DNA from: an uncultured Bacillota bacterium | GTDB lineage: Bacteria > Bacillota > DTU025 > MWDF01 | Assembly: GCA_963823655.1 (NCBI GenBank) | Contig: CAWGMK010000006.1 | Span: forward strand, 128,001 to 192,000 | Direction of reading: 5' to 3' | Length of the DNA: 64,000 nt | Shown: piece after piece, positions 12,261-24,377 of the stretch | Position numbering within the stretch: position 1 is the stretch's first letter | How the letters are laid out: each line of letters opens with the position of its first letter | The notes under the pieces: generated by a model | Databases searched by the model: none | Told to the model about the DNA's origin: nothing | Seen by the model: the letters and a program-made list of their open reading frames with translations, nothing else | Translations under genes and position numbers: made by a program

Positions 12261-13298
12261 TTATGAATTAATGCCGCTCATCGCGATGCTCCTTGTGAAC
12301 TTCTCCTGAGCGAAAAGGAACGCCACGATGACCGGAAGGGTTACCAGAACCGAAGCTGCCATTATTATCGGCCAGTCAGAGCCCGCCTCCCATTTGAGCA
12401 TGTCCAGGCCGACTTGGAGCGTGAACATCTGCTTGCTGCTGGTCACCATCAAAGGCCACAGGAACTCGTTCCAGCTGGTCATGAAGCTGAACAGGGCAAG
12501 CGTTGCCAGTGCGGGCTTGGCAAGAGGCATGAATATCCTGAAGAGTATCCCGAAGCTGCTGCAGCCGTCCAGGGCCGCGGCCTCCTCCAGCTCTTTGGGC
12601 AGCGCCATGAAGAACTGCCTCATCAGGAACGCGCCGAAGGGCGCCGCCGCGAAGGGGAGGATTAGTGCCGAGTATGTGTCCATGAGCCCCATGCGCTGGA
12701 TTAGCATGAAGGCGGGTATTAGCGTTGCCTGCTGGGGTATCATCATCAGGGCTGCATACGCCCAGAAGAGCCTGTCCCTGCCCGGGAAGTTAAGCCTGGA
12801 GAAGGCGTATCCCGCGAGGGAGCTTGTGATAAGCTGCAGTGCCGTCACAAGTGTCGCTACTATCAGGCTGTTTATGAACATCCTTGCAAAAGGTATCCTC
12901 GTCCATATCTCCTTGTAGGCTTCAAACAGCGGTCCGTACAGCGCCCCTGTTGAAAAAGCCCTTACAACCAGCGCGGCCCATGCGATGAGGCTGAGACCGG
13001 CAAGCGCCAGTGAAGCCGCCCTGCCGCGCCTCCTGCAGACGGCCCACGCGACGGTAAGCGCAACGGCCGCCACTAAAAGGAGGATCAGCAGCATGTCGGA
13101 CGCCTTAGACGCGTCAAATGCGAGCTTGGGAAGGAAATTGGACTCCGAGAAGACCTGGCGCCTGCCCTTCAAGGATACTGTCAGCATCCATGAGAAGGGC
13201 ACAACCATGAGTGCGCTTGCCAGAAGCAGCGCGGCATTGGCGAAAGAGGAGCCTATGGCGCGCTTTGCGCGCTCTTTGCCTGTTGCGGCGACGCTCAC
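12261..13298 (-). CDS. Carbohydrate ABC transporter permease (MalG-like)
   Basis: EAA loop LPKELEEAAALDGCS plus AGYAFSRLNFPGR and WNEFLWPL. The GTG start overlaps the upstream stop. Confidence 0.93.
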   Translation of the reverse strand: MSVAATGKERAKRAIGSSFANAALLLASALMVVPFSWMLTVSLKGRRQVFSESNFLPKLAFDASKASDMLLILLLVAAVALTVAWAVCRRRGRAASLALAGLSLIAWAALVVRAFSTGALYGPLFEAYKEIWTRIPFARMFINSLIVATLVTALQLITSSLAGYAFSRLNFPGRDRLFWAYAALMMIPQQATLIPAFMLIQRMGLMDTYSALILPFAAAPFGAFLMRQFFMALPKELEEAAALDGCSSFGILFRIFMPLAKPALATLALFSFMTSWNEFLWPLMVTSSKQMFTLQVGLDMLKWEAGSDWPIIMAASVLVTLPVIVAFLFAQEKFTRSIAMSGINS

Positions 13299-14182
13299 TG
13301 CTCTAGCCTCCTTACGAAGCGCAGCTGCAGCAGTGAAAGGGCCCCTATAGTTAGGAAGATGACCCAAGCGGCCGCAGATGCGTAGCCGAACCTGTAGGGA
13401 GACTCGAATGCCTGCTTATAAAGGTAATATACTGCCACGAGGGTCGAGTCGGTAGGCCCGCCCCCGGTCATTATCCTGATCTGGCCGAAAGCCTGGAACG
13501 ACCTCACCGTGCTCATAATCAAGGTAAAAGAAATTACCCTGCTCATCATCGGCAGCGTAATAGCCTTCGTAAGGCGCCAGCCCGACGCGCCGTCGAGGGA
13601 GGCCGCGTCGTACAGGTCCTGCGGTATGTCCTGCAGCCCCGCAAGGTAAATCACCATGCTGTAGCCGAGGTTCTTCCATATGGACATGATTACGATGGAC
13701 AGAAGGGCCCAGCGCGGGTCCGAAAGCCATGCAGGGCCGGATATGCCCAATTTGTAGAGGAGGCTGTTCAGGCCGCCGTAATATGGGTCGTAGAATAGGA
13801 ACCAAACGGTTGCCACTGACGCTGTCGATGCCACGACCGGCATGAAGAACGCTGCGCGGTATAGCGAAGTAAGCCTCAGCTTGCGATTTAGAGCCATTGC
13901 CAGGAAGAAGGAGAGGAGGTTGCTGACAGGGACCACTCCTATGGTGTATAGCAGGGTGTTTATCATCGACTTCCTGAATGTCTCATCCTTGAGCAATGTG
14001 ACGTAATTGGCGAAGCCCACGAAGGAGGAGGTCTGCTTTAGAAGCCCCGCGTCCGTGAAGCTCATGTAAAGCGAGTAGGCGAGGGGGTAGAGGGTGAATG
14101 CGGCGAAAACGGCAAAAGAGGGCAGAAGCGCAATTAGCGCCGTCCTCCTCTGATCATTCCCGTAGAGCGTTGAAACCCTCAT
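13295..14182 (-). CDS. Carbohydrate ABC transporter permease (MalF/UgpA-like)
   Basis: IWKNLGYSMVIYLAGLQDIPQDLYDAASLDGA and FGYASAAA. Confidence 0.94.
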   Translation of the reverse strand: MRVSTLYGNDQRRTALIALLPSFAVFAAFTLYPLAYSLYMSFTDAGLLKQTSSFVGFANYVTLLKDETFRKSMINTLLYTIGVVPVSNLLSFFLAMALNRKLRLTSLYRAAFFMPVVASTASVATVWFLFYDPYYGGLNSLLYKLGISGPAWLSDPRWALLSIVIMSIWKNLGYSMVIYLAGLQDIPQDLYDAASLDGASGWRLTKAITLPMMSRVISFTLIMSTVRSFQAFGQIRIMTGGGPTDSTLVAVYYLYKQAFESPYRFGYASAAAWVIFLTIGALSLLQLRFVRRLEQ

Positions 14183-14315
14183 GAAACTTTCCTCGTATTT
14201 TCAAAATAAATCTGCGTTATGGCCGTTTACTTGGTATTACTAGTCTGAAAATATTTACTATTGGTATTCTACCACTTCATGACGTACATGTTAAGAGGAA
14301 AGTTCGAGGTGTACG

Positions 14316-14351
14316 AAAAGAAGCGCCGCCCCCAATATTGGAGGCGGCGCT
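14316..14351 (-). terminator. Terminator of the ccm operon
   Basis: AGCGCCGCC.CCAAT / ATTGG.GGCGGCGCT hairpin about 20 nt past the ccmF stop, followed by U residues on the minus strand. Confidence 0.7.
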
Positions 14352-14371
14352 GTTGCGGTTGGAACTGCGTA

Positions 14372-16624
14372 TTACTTTGCTTCCGATTTCCTTCTTACGA
14401 CTGCGACTGCGGTCCCCATCACAATCATAATGGCACCGATCCACAGGAGCCACACGAAGGGCTTGCGGCTAATCTCGACCAGCAGCGAGCTTCCGCCCTC
14501 CAGAGCCTCCTCGCTTGCCTTGGCGAAGTCCATGAAGACAAGGCCGGAGCTTGCGTCGATGCTTTCCAATGTGAGCTTGTACTTGCCGCCCGAGCCTTCG
14601 AAAACAGTGTATGAATTGCTGCCGCCGGAGCCGGATACCGAGTAGTACAGGATGCCTTCGAAGAGCGTGACATTGCCTTCTGATGCTTTGAGCGCAGCGC
14701 CGACTTTCCCGGAGTTCATGGCAGTAAGGTCGAACGATGAGAAGGAGATCTCAAAGCCTCCCGATGAGACGGCCTCGCCCTTTTTGATCTCAAGGTGGTC
14801 GCCGTGCAGCGCAGAAACGCCGCCCGCCGAATCTTGTATAACGAGCGGGGAAATGTATATGTCCTGGGTAAGCGTCGAATAGATCATAGGATGCCTCATG
14901 GTGCTGCCCATGTTAGTTATCTGCATGGAAGGGGTCCCTTCGGCGATGAGCTTCCCGTCTTTGGAAAGCTTTATAGGCACAGTTGTGATTGTCCCGTCTG
15001 CCGACACTTCGACCTGGGAGGCTTCGATAGTAAAGCCAACTGCGTCAACGCCCCCGCCGATCGGCACCATGGCCCTCTCGGTGACTGCCCAGCCGCCTGT
15101 CGCGATAATGCCGGCGAATACAAGAGCAACTCCCAGATGGGTCATGTAGCTTCCTATGAACTTGACGCCGTGCCTTATAGTCTTCAAGAACATGTAAAGG
15201 TTCGCGAACAGGCCGAAGAAGGAAGCGAACATGAAGATCAGGTAATAGACGCCCCTTGCGCCTGTGGCGAATACAACTGCTGTCCCTACCAGGGCGAGCA
15301 CTAGGGAGGCAGCAATAGCAGTCTTTGCCGATTTAAGCTCGTCAGTGCCCCACCTGAACAGCGGGAAGAGCCCCATAAGCAGAGCTATAAGGACTCCGAG
15401 CGGGTAGTTGGTGATGTTGTAGAAGCTCGTATCGACCGCCTGGGCCTCGCCCACGATTTTAGTTAGTATGGGCGCCGATGTCCCAAGAAGCGTAATTACG
15501 GCGGAGGCAAGAAGCACTGAGGCTCCGGCGAATATGCCGAAATCGCGGCTTGTGAACCTCTCATAAACCTCCTGGTACTTCCTCGAGGAGGTCATGCTCT
15601 TGAACCTGGCTACGAATAGGTAGAGGGCCGGCAAGCCTATGGCCAGCATGAAGAGTATGAGATATGAGGATATTCCCAGATCCGAGAAGGAGTGCACCGA
15701 GAAGTCGGAAAGCACGCCCGACCTGGTCAAAAACGCCCCATAACCGATCAGCAGATAGGTCAATACGGCCAGCGCGATGTTCGTGCGCACCATCTTGCCC
15801 CTGGCCTTCTGGCTTAGGAATGTGTGAAGCAGCACTGCCCCGAATAGCCAGGGAACTAGCGATGCGTTCTCAACGGGGTCCCATCCCCAGTAACCGCCCC
15901 AGCCGAGCACCGCGTATGCCCACCTTGCGCCTATCATGATGCCGGAGCCCAACAACAGCCACGCAAGGAGGTTCCACCAGGTGGCGATTGGCGCCCAGCT
16001 CTGGTATTCCTTCCTCGTAAGCGCGCTCATTGCGAGCGCGTAGGGGACGGCAATCGCGGCATAGCCTGCGAATACGATTGGCGGATGTATCGCCATCCAG
16101 GGGTTCATGAGAAGAGGGTTCAGCCCAAGGCCGTCTGCGACGGGCTCCGCAAGCATGGCAAATGGAGTCATCCTTAGGGCGACTACCAAGAGCATAGTCT
16201 GCGAGAGCGCATACCAGGGCATGGCAGTCTGCTCATGCTTCTTTGCTGTAAGCATCAGCAGGCATCCGAACATGGCGGAGAAGAGCGCCCATAGAAGCAG
16301 GCTGCCCTCCTGCCCGGCCCAGAAAGCCGAGACTATATATAGGTTCTCAAGCCCGCGGCTCGAGTTGTGGGCAACGTACTCATAGCTGAAATCATGGCCC
16401 AGGAACTTCGAAAGCAGGCCTGCAGATGCGATCAGAAGGAAGAGGAGCGAGCCTGCCATTAGCAGCCTGCCCGCCTTGAGGGCCTTCGAATGCTCCTTGC
16501 CTTTAGACTTCGAAAGGGAGGAAGCGTCGTTTGAGCCGGCCATCCTCGCTGCTAAAGCATATGCTATGCCCGATCCTGCGGTGGCGATCAATGCCGCAAG
16601 GATCATCAGGTTCCAAATGTTCAT
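14372..16624 (-). CDS. ccmF: Cytochrome c heme lyase CcmF
   Basis: FWAGQEGSLLLW, GLNPLL.NPWMAIHPP, WWD motif WGGYWGWDPVENASL, FLTRSGVL..SVHSF and THLG. Confidence 0.96.
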   Translation of the reverse strand: MNIWNLMILAALIATAGSGIAYALAARMAGSNDASSLSKSKGKEHSKALKAGRLLMAGSLLFLLIASAGLLSKFLGHDFSYEYVAHNSSRGLENLYIVSAFWAGQEGSLLLWALFSAMFGCLLMLTAKKHEQTAMPWYALSQTMLLVVALRMTPFAMLAEPVADGLGLNPLLMNPWMAIHPPIVFAGYAAIAVPYALAMSALTRKEYQSWAPIATWWNLLAWLLLGSGIMIGARWAYAVLGWGGYWGWDPVENASLVPWLFGAVLLHTFLSQKARGKMVRTNIALAVLTYLLIGYGAFLTRSGVLSDFSVHSFSDLGISSYLILFMLAIGLPALYLFVARFKSMTSSRKYQEVYERFTSRDFGIFAGASVLLASAVITLLGTSAPILTKIVGEAQAVDTSFYNITNYPLGVLIALLMGLFPLFRWGTDELKSAKTAIAASLVLALVGTAVVFATGARGVYYLIFMFASFFGLFANLYMFLKTIRHGVKFIGSYMTHLGVALVFAGIIATGGWAVTERAMVPIGGGVDAVGFTIEASQVEVSADGTITTVPIKLSKDGKLIAEGTPSMQITNMGSTMRHPMIYSTLTQDIYISPLVIQDSAGGVSALHGDHLEIKKGEAVSSGGFEISFSSFDLTAMNSGKVGAALKASEGNVTLFEGILYYSVSGSGGSNSYTVFEGSGGKYKLTLESIDASSGLVFMDFAKASEEALEGGSSLLVEISRKPFVWLLWIGAIMIVMGTAVAVVRRKSEAK

Positions 16625-17013
16625 TATCTGCCACCTCCGCCCGCCTGATACTTAGACGGGCACTTGACCAGCATCTTCTTTGCGACGAACTCATCGCCTG
16701 TGTATTTGCCGATGACCACCACATTCGTGGCGTCGTCGAAATTGGAAGGCTTGGCTCCCTTGAACCTCACGGTCACGGACTCCCCGACATGGTCGGTCAT
16801 CTCGAACATGAAGTCGTTGGAACCCTCCTCATACCTTGCGCTGTCGAAATCGGGGACGCCTGCGACCTGCACGGTCGTTCCCTTCTGCCTAGCCTCTGAA
16901 AGCGTCACATAAGGGGTGAGGGAGCCCGAGAACGAGATCAGGACCACCACCGCCATCGCCGCAATTATTACCATGCCCGCTATAAGGCTTAATGTCTTCT
17001 TCTTGATTGCCAC
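16624..17013 (-). CDS. ccmE: Heme chaperone CcmE (CxxxY variant)
   Basis: N-terminal TM helix and OB-fold with V.F.G.KP.NF...VVVIG...F.A..MLVKCPSKY. Confidence 0.93.
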   Translation of the reverse strand: MAIKKKTLSLIAGMVIIAAMAVVVLISFSGSLTPYVTLSEARQKGTTVQVAGVPDFDSARYEEGSNDFMFEMTDHVGESVTVRFKGAKPSNFDDATNVVVIGKYTGDEFVAKKMLVKCPSKYQAGGGGR

Positions 17014-17094
17014 CTTTGAGAACTAACCTCCTCGCGCGAAGCGCGTAAAATATTATAAAAGCAAAACCTAACGATCCTTGTGCTTCAGGCCTGA

Positions 17095-17232
17095 TCAGGC
17101 CCCTCTTTTCCTGCGCTTCTCGCCCTTTGAAAGGTCCCTGTCAACCTTCAGCATGTAGAAGAAGACGAAGGCCCAGGTAATGACGGCTACCGCGCCTGTT
17201 ATCCAAAGAGAGCTTGATGATGCGTAATCCAT
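17095..17232 (-). CDS. ccmD: CcmD-like small membrane protein (45 aa)
   Basis: MDYASSSSLWITGAVAVITWAFVFFYMLKVDRDLSKGEKRRKRGA*: one TM helix plus a basic tail, GGAGG RBS, lying between ccmC and ccmE. Too short for the ORF track. Confidence 0.8.
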   Translation of the reverse strand: MDYASSSSLWITGAVAVITWAFVFFYMLKVDRDLSKGEKRRKRGA

Positions 17233-17233
17233 G

Positions 17234-17896
17234 TTATTTCCTCCTTGATTGGGCCGCGTCGGCGAGTTTTATTGAAATCTGCCTCATCTTGAGGCTGAAC
17301 ATCCAAAATGAAACCCCTGTGAAACCTATAAGAGATGCTATGAATACGAGAAGCATCTTCACATCCATGTTAAGATCCTTGGAGATTATGGCGTCGTCCG
17401 GATGCAGGCCCTGTATGCCGGGAAGCCTGGGAATGACGAAGACCAGAAGCGGCACCGTCACGAAGGCGATGACCGCATATACCGAGGAGAGCGAAGCCCG
17501 CCTCTCGGGGTCGTCCACAGCGCTTCTGAGAGCAAGGTATGCCATGTAGATCAGAAACAGCACGAAGATGGAAGTCTGCCTGGGATCCCAGCTCCAGTAG
17601 GCGCCCCAGGTGGCCTTGGCGAAAATCGCGCCGCTTACGGTCGCAACTACTATGAACAGCAGGCCTATCTCTGCCCAGACGGCGGCCGCCATATCATCCT
17701 TCGGGTCCCTCTTCATGAGATACTTGATGCCGTACACCATGCAGCCTAAGAATCCCAGCACGGCAACCCATGCCGTCGGGATGTGGAAGAAAATTATCCT
17801 GGATATCTCCCCCAGGTTCGCATCGGCAGGCGCCCATACGAAAGCGGCAAGAGATACTACCGCCATCCAAATTCCCAGCAAATACTTAAGAACCAT
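17234..17896 (-). CDS. ccmC: Heme exporter protein CcmC
   Basis: RIIFFHIPTAW, WWD motif WGAYWSWDPRQTS and GLHP. Confidence 0.95.
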   Translation of the reverse strand: MVLKYLLGIWMAVVSLAAFVWAPADANLGEISRIIFFHIPTAWVAVLGFLGCMVYGIKYLMKRDPKDDMAAAVWAEIGLLFIVVATVSGAIFAKATWGAYWSWDPRQTSIFVLFLIYMAYLALRSAVDDPERRASLSSVYAVIAFVTVPLLVFVIPRLPGIQGLHPDDAIISKDLNMDVKMLLVFIASLIGFTGVSFWMFSLKMRQISIKLADAAQSRRK

Positions 17897-17933
17897 CGAA
17901 ACCTCCCAAAGAATAGATGACTGCGCTTCGCCG

Positions 17934-18612
17934 CTATTCGTTCCAGACGAACTCGAACAGCATTGAAGACAGCGTCGTTATTATCACTGTGAACGCCGCA
18001 ATCCCGCCCATCTCGGCTCTTACTGAGGAGAAGCCCATCCCCGAAAGAGACGATGCTGTCATCCTCACTGCCATTATGAGCCCGGGCATGCATATGGGAA
18101 ACGAAAGGACTGCGAACAGCGTGCCCTTGGAGTTGGCCTTCGAGATTATTGCCGCCACGATCGTGCTTGAGGCCGCAAGGTAGAGCGTCCCCAAGAAGCA
18201 CGGATGCTGCAAATACCAGGGGAGAGCTGAGGCTGATGTCCATGAATAGCAGGAACATCGGCACGACTATAGCTTCCACGCCCAGCATCAGGACCAGGTT
18301 GAAGAGCAGCTTGCCGAAATAGATCGCTAGAGGCGGCGCCGAAAGCTTCAGGGCGAGGGCTGTCTTCGTCTCCTCCTCCTTGACGAAGGAGCGGGAAAGG
18401 CCGGACATTGCCGAGAAGAAGAGCACTATCCAAAGGAATGCCGACTGAGTATCTGCCTCCAGCGCATAGGGGCTCACGGCAAAGCTTGCGACCACAAGCG
18501 ACGTCACGGCGAAAAGGGCCACCGAGCCTATCCCATAGCGGGTCTTGAGCTCGGATCTGACATCTTTCATGAAGACTTGTGCAGCCTTATGGATTAAGGA
18601 GGATGATTTCAT
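17934..18612 (-). CDS. ccmB: Heme exporter protein CcmB (frameshift near 18190)
   Basis: KDVRSELKTR, LSRSFVKEE, IYFGKLLFN, then LFAVLSFPICMP...FEFVWNE. Confidence 0.9.
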
Positions 18613-19207
18613 CGCCCAACGGCACCTCCTCCTTCTCATTTGTTGCCAGTATTACAGTAAGCGACTTCCTGGCTTCAGATATGATGGAATAGGCAAGCAG
18701 CTTGCCAGGTTCGTCCAGATTGGCAGTGGGCTCGTCTATGATCAGCACTTCAGGGTCGCCGATCAGGGCGAAGCAGTACTTGAGCCTCTGCTTCATGCCG
18801 GAAGAATAGCCAGATACTGCATCATCGGCGCGGTCCAGCAGGCCAACTTTTTTCAATAGCGATTCGGCCTTGGCTTCGACATCTATTACTCCTTTAAGGC
18901 CTCCGAAGAAAGTAAGGTTCTCTATTGCGGAAAGCTCGTCATAGAGCATCAGCTCGGGTGAGACGAAACCTATCTTATCGGAGAAGGAGGCGGCGGGACC
19001 TTGTGTCGTGCCGTCGCCATAGAGGACAGAACCGGAACTCGGCCGAAGAAGGCCTGCCGCGATTTTAAGCATGGTCGATTTACCCGACCCGTTCGGGCCG
19101 GTTACGACTAGCACCTTGCCAGGGATTGCCGTAGCGCTTATCTCCTGCAGTGCGCTGCGCTCCCCGAAGTGCCTGGATATGCCATTCATGCTGACTGTTA
19201 TCGACAT
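18587..19207 (-). CDS. ccmA: Heme ABC exporter ATP-binding protein CcmA
   Basis: GPNGSGKST, YSSGMKQRL and IIDEPTANLD. First gene of the ccm operon. Confidence 0.88.
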   Translation of the reverse strand: MSITVSMNGISRHFGERSALQEISATAIPGKVLVVTGPNGSGKSTMLKIAAGLLRPSSGSVLYGDGTTQGPAASFSDKIGFVSPELMLYDELSAIENLTFFGGLKGVIDVEAKAESLLKKVGLLDRADDAVSGYSSGMKQRLKYCFALIGDPEVLIIDEPTANLDEPGKLLAYSIISEARKSLTVILATNEKEEVPLGDEIILLNP

Positions 19208-19327
19208 ATAAGCTTTCCTTTTCAATTTGCTGCTCTAAGAAACCCGATTATTTATTATACTAATATAATGATGCTTAGTAAAACCGGCGGAGGCTACGGC
19301 CTGCGGGCCGGCTCGGAGGTAGAACGG

Positions 19328-21025
19328 ATGCCCGTCCAGGAATACATCAATATATCAGCTCATATGAGGGATACGATAACTGAAGCGGTCAAGGGCGCCA
19401 TCGAGGAGATGGGCCTTACCGGGGCGCTGGCAGAGGGCCCCGGCATTACGATAGAAGTCCCCAAGGACCCCAAGTTCGGCGACTATTCGACGCCATTGGC
19501 CCTTACGCTGGCAAAGGCGGCGGGCAGGAAGCCTCGTGAGATCGCCGATGAGATATCTCGCCTCGTGGCTAAAAGATCATATCGCCTCATAGACAGGACC
19601 GAGGTAGCCGGCCCGGGCTTCATCAACTTCTACCTTTCGGACGCATGGATGGACTATGCGATAAAGGCCATCAGGAAAGCCAAGTGCGATTACGGCAGGA
19701 GCGCAGTAGGGCAGGGCGTGAAGGTGAACGTAGAATTCGTCTCCGCAAATCCTGTGGGACCTCTAAATATCGTAAACGCAAGGGCTGCCGCTGTTGGTGA
19801 TTTACTGACAAGGATGATGAGCTTCGCAGGATATGACGCGAAGAGCGAGTTCTATGTTAACGATGCCGGCAACCAGGTGGACATACTCGCCGAATCGGTA
19901 TACGCAAGGTACAGGCAGTCTCTGGGGGAGGAGTACGCATTCCCCGAGGAGGGCTACAGGGGCCTCTATGTGCAGGATATCGCCAGCAAAGCCGCGGAGA
20001 AGCTGGGATCCGCCCTTTCGGCATTGCCACCGGCCGAGGCCAAGGCGCAGCTCAAGCGCTTCGCACTTGACAACATGCTGGAGTGGCAGAAAGAATCCTT
20101 GAAGGCCTACAATGTCGAGTTCGACGCCTGGACCTCCGAGAAGTCGCTAAGAGACGCAGGCGCCGTGGAGCAAACAATCGAGCGCATGAGGGCTAAAGGG
20201 GATTTGTACGAGTCAGAGGGCGCGCTCTGGTTCAGGTCCACGTCCTACGGCGACGACAAGGACCGGGTGCTTATAAAAGGCGACGGCGAGTATACATATG
20301 TGACCCCGGACTTCGCATACCACCTCGACAAGCTGGGAAGGGGCTTCACAAGGCTTATAGACATACTCGGCCCCGACCATCACGGCTATCAGGGCAGGAT
20401 GCAGGCGGGTATTAAATCTTTCGGCTTCCCCGAGGATACGCTGCATGTGCTGATACTACAGCTCGTGACGCTTCTTAGAGGCGGAGAGGCCGTGAAGATG
20501 TCCAAGAGGGCAGGCGAGTTCATCACGATGGACGATCTTCTGGATGAGGTCCCCAAGGATGCCGCCCGCTACTTCTTCATAATGAGGAATACCAACTCCC
20601 ACCTGGAGTTCGACATGGAAGTCGCGGCGAAAAACACGCCGGACAACCCGGTCTGGTACATTCAGTACGCGCATGCCAGGTGCTGCTCGATATTCGAGAA
20701 GGCTGCAAGGGAGGGCACCAACCTTTCAGTCATGGAAGAGGCGGACGCATCCCTTCTCAAGCATCCTACCGAAGTGGCCCTTGTGCGCAGGATGGCGGCC
20801 TTCCCGGACGAGCTTGCGGCAGCCGTTACCGAGATGCAGCCCTCCAGGATGGCAAGGTACGCCTACGAGCTCGCAGCTGAATTCCACAGGTTCTATACCG
20901 AATGCAAGGTAGTAAGCGAGGAGCCCGGCATGACAGCCGCGAGGCTCGCACTGGTTGATTCCGTAAGGATTACTCTTTCCAACCTGCTGCCTTTGATGGG
21001 CATAGACGCACCCGAGAGGATGTGA
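19328..21025 (+). CDS. argS: Arginine--tRNA ligase
   Basis: FGDYST, AGPGFINF, EFVSANP, GDDKDRV, KMSKRAG, YIQYAHAR and a C-terminal APERM. Confidence 0.97.
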   Translation: MPVQEYINISAHMRDTITEAVKGAIEEMGLTGALAEGPGITIEVPKDPKFGDYSTPLALTLAKAAGRKPREIADEISRLVAKRSYRLIDRTEVAGPGFINFYLSDAWMDYAIKAIRKAKCDYGRSAVGQGVKVNVEFVSANPVGPLNIVNARAAAVGDLLTRMMSFAGYDAKSEFYVNDAGNQVDILAESVYARYRQSLGEEYAFPEEGYRGLYVQDIASKAAEKLGSALSALPPAEAKAQLKRFALDNMLEWQKESLKAYNVEFDAWTSEKSLRDAGAVEQTIERMRAKGDLYESEGALWFRSTSYGDDKDRVLIKGDGEYTYVTPDFAYHLDKLGRGFTRLIDILGPDHHGYQGRMQAGIKSFGFPEDTLHVLILQLVTLLRGGEAVKMSKRAGEFITMDDLLDEVPKDAARYFFIMRNTNSHLEFDMEVAAKNTPDNPVWYIQYAHARCCSIFEKAAREGTNLSVMEEADASLLKHPTEVALVRRMAAFPDELAAAVTEMQPSRMARYAYELAAEFHRFYTECKVVSEEPGMTAARLALVDSVRITLSNLLPLMGIDAPERM

Positions 21026-21029
21026 GCCT

Positions 21030-21809
21030 ATGGAGATGAAGGCCGTCGGGAAGGCCCCGACCGCGCTTCACGCCTTCGCCGACCTGGGCAGGGCGTTCAA
21101 GCTTTGGTATGAAAGGCTCGTGCTGTCCTTCGTCTTCGCAAGCAGCTGGTGGGCCATGGGTTTCATCGCCGCCCAGCTGGTGCTGTTGGTTGCAACTCCG
21201 CTTATGTTGATTCCCGCGTCCTTAATATGGGCGCTGGCTGCGCTCTTCGAGATGTCAATGGCAAACAGGGCCGTGCATCTTGAGGATTTCGACATCAGGC
21301 TGCTCTTCTCGTCCATGGGAAGGCTGGCCTTCCGCTTCATCGGGCTGTTTCTGCTCTCAATAGGAGCGTTCCTCCTCTATCTGCCGGTGCTGCTCTACCT
21401 GCCCAGCGTGGGTTCCCTGATAGCTTATGTCGGCTTCGGGCTCGTAACATGGGTTGGGCTGTTCTCCTTTGTGAGCGTGGTATACGCGGCAGGGATTATG
21501 GTGGAGAACGACGAAAGGCTCTTCAGGGCGATATACAAAGGGTTCCTGCTCATGTTGGACAATCCGGCCTACAGCCTTACAAATGGCATGCTGCTGTTAG
21601 TTTTGGGCGTCGCGGGCTACATCCTTCCCATTGCGTCAATGACCTGGTCCTCATGGGCATACCTTGTGCTAGTAGTCCTGGGCGTGTTCCTGTACGGCTC
21701 GGTGAACGCATATTTCATAAGCTTCTCGGTCAAGAGGCTCCTTTCCAGGTACGGCCTTGCCAGGAAGAGCGGCAGGGAGGCAATGCAAGACGAGCTTCTG
21801 AGGAAATAG
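21030..21809 (+). CDS. Hypothetical integral membrane protein (DUF624-like)
   Basis: About six hydrophobic helices and ..LFRAIYKGFLLMLDNP. The family assignment is tentative. Confidence 0.65.
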   Translation: MEMKAVGKAPTALHAFADLGRAFKLWYERLVLSFVFASSWWAMGFIAAQLVLLVATPLMLIPASLIWALAALFEMSMANRAVHLEDFDIRLLFSSMGRLAFRFIGLFLLSIGAFLLYLPVLLYLPSVGSLIAYVGFGLVTWVGLFSFVSVVYAAGIMVENDERLFRAIYKGFLLMLDNPAYSLTNGMLLLVLGVAGYILPIASMTWSSWAYLVLVVLGVFLYGSVNAYFISFSVKRLLSRYGLARKSGREAMQDELLRK

Positions 21810-21838
21810 CCTGCAAGATGGAATAGGGGGGAATTTCG

Positions 21839-22496
21839 ATGGCTTTGGGAATCAACTGGCTGGGGCACTCATGTTTCCTGATAAGGGCATCAAACGGCAA
21901 GAGGATAGTCATGGACCCTTACGACCCTTCCATTGGAGTGTTGCCTGCGGAGCTGACGGCTGATATCGTGACCATGAGCCACCAGCATTTCGACCATAAT
22001 TACCTGAAGGGCGTCAAGGGAAGGTACTCTGCGGTGCAGTCAGGCGGGATGCATGAGTTCGAGGATCTAAGGATAACCGGCATTCCCAGCTGGCATGACG
22101 AGCAGATGGGCGCGCAGCGCGGCCCCAACATGATATACATCCTGGAGTCTGAGGGCGTCAAAGTCTGCCATCTTGGGCGATCTCGGGGTGATTCCGAGCA
22201 AGGACGAGCTTTTAAGGCTCGAGGGCATAGACATGCTGCTCATACCCATAGGCGGGACCTACACGATAGACCCCAAAGGCGCCGACAAGCTAATATCCAT
22301 AATCAAGCCCCGCATCGTCATGCCCATGCACTACAGCATGCAGCCGGGAATAAAAAGGTTGTTGCCCCTGTCGGATTTCCTCGAAGGGAAAGAAAACGTC
22401 CATTATGCCAAGCCTGGCGAATACATGCTGGATAAGGCCGAATTGAATGGGCCTTACCCAAAATATCTCGTCCTTACGCCCAATCTGATGATTTGA
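21839..22496 (+). CDS. MBL-fold metallo-hydrolase (frameshift near 22175)
   Basis: WLGHSCF, DPY, SHQHFDHN, HLGDLG, IPIGGTYT and PMHY. Confidence 0.9.
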
Positions 22497-22502
22497 AAAT
22501 GA

Positions 22503-24180
<1,678 letters not shown>

Positions 24181-24377
24181 TTTTTGTCTTCGCACGAAGG
24201 AAAAGGCGAACGGATATCGAATGTTACCTCGATAAGTTTAAAACCACTTTAAGTACTTTCAAATCATAATCAGCATATAATCCCGGGTGACTGCCAGATT
24301 GCAGGACGCACCATTGTTACAGGTGCGCTTCCCCCTATTCTATACCAGGGCATAAAATGCCCATACGGAGGAGACAA

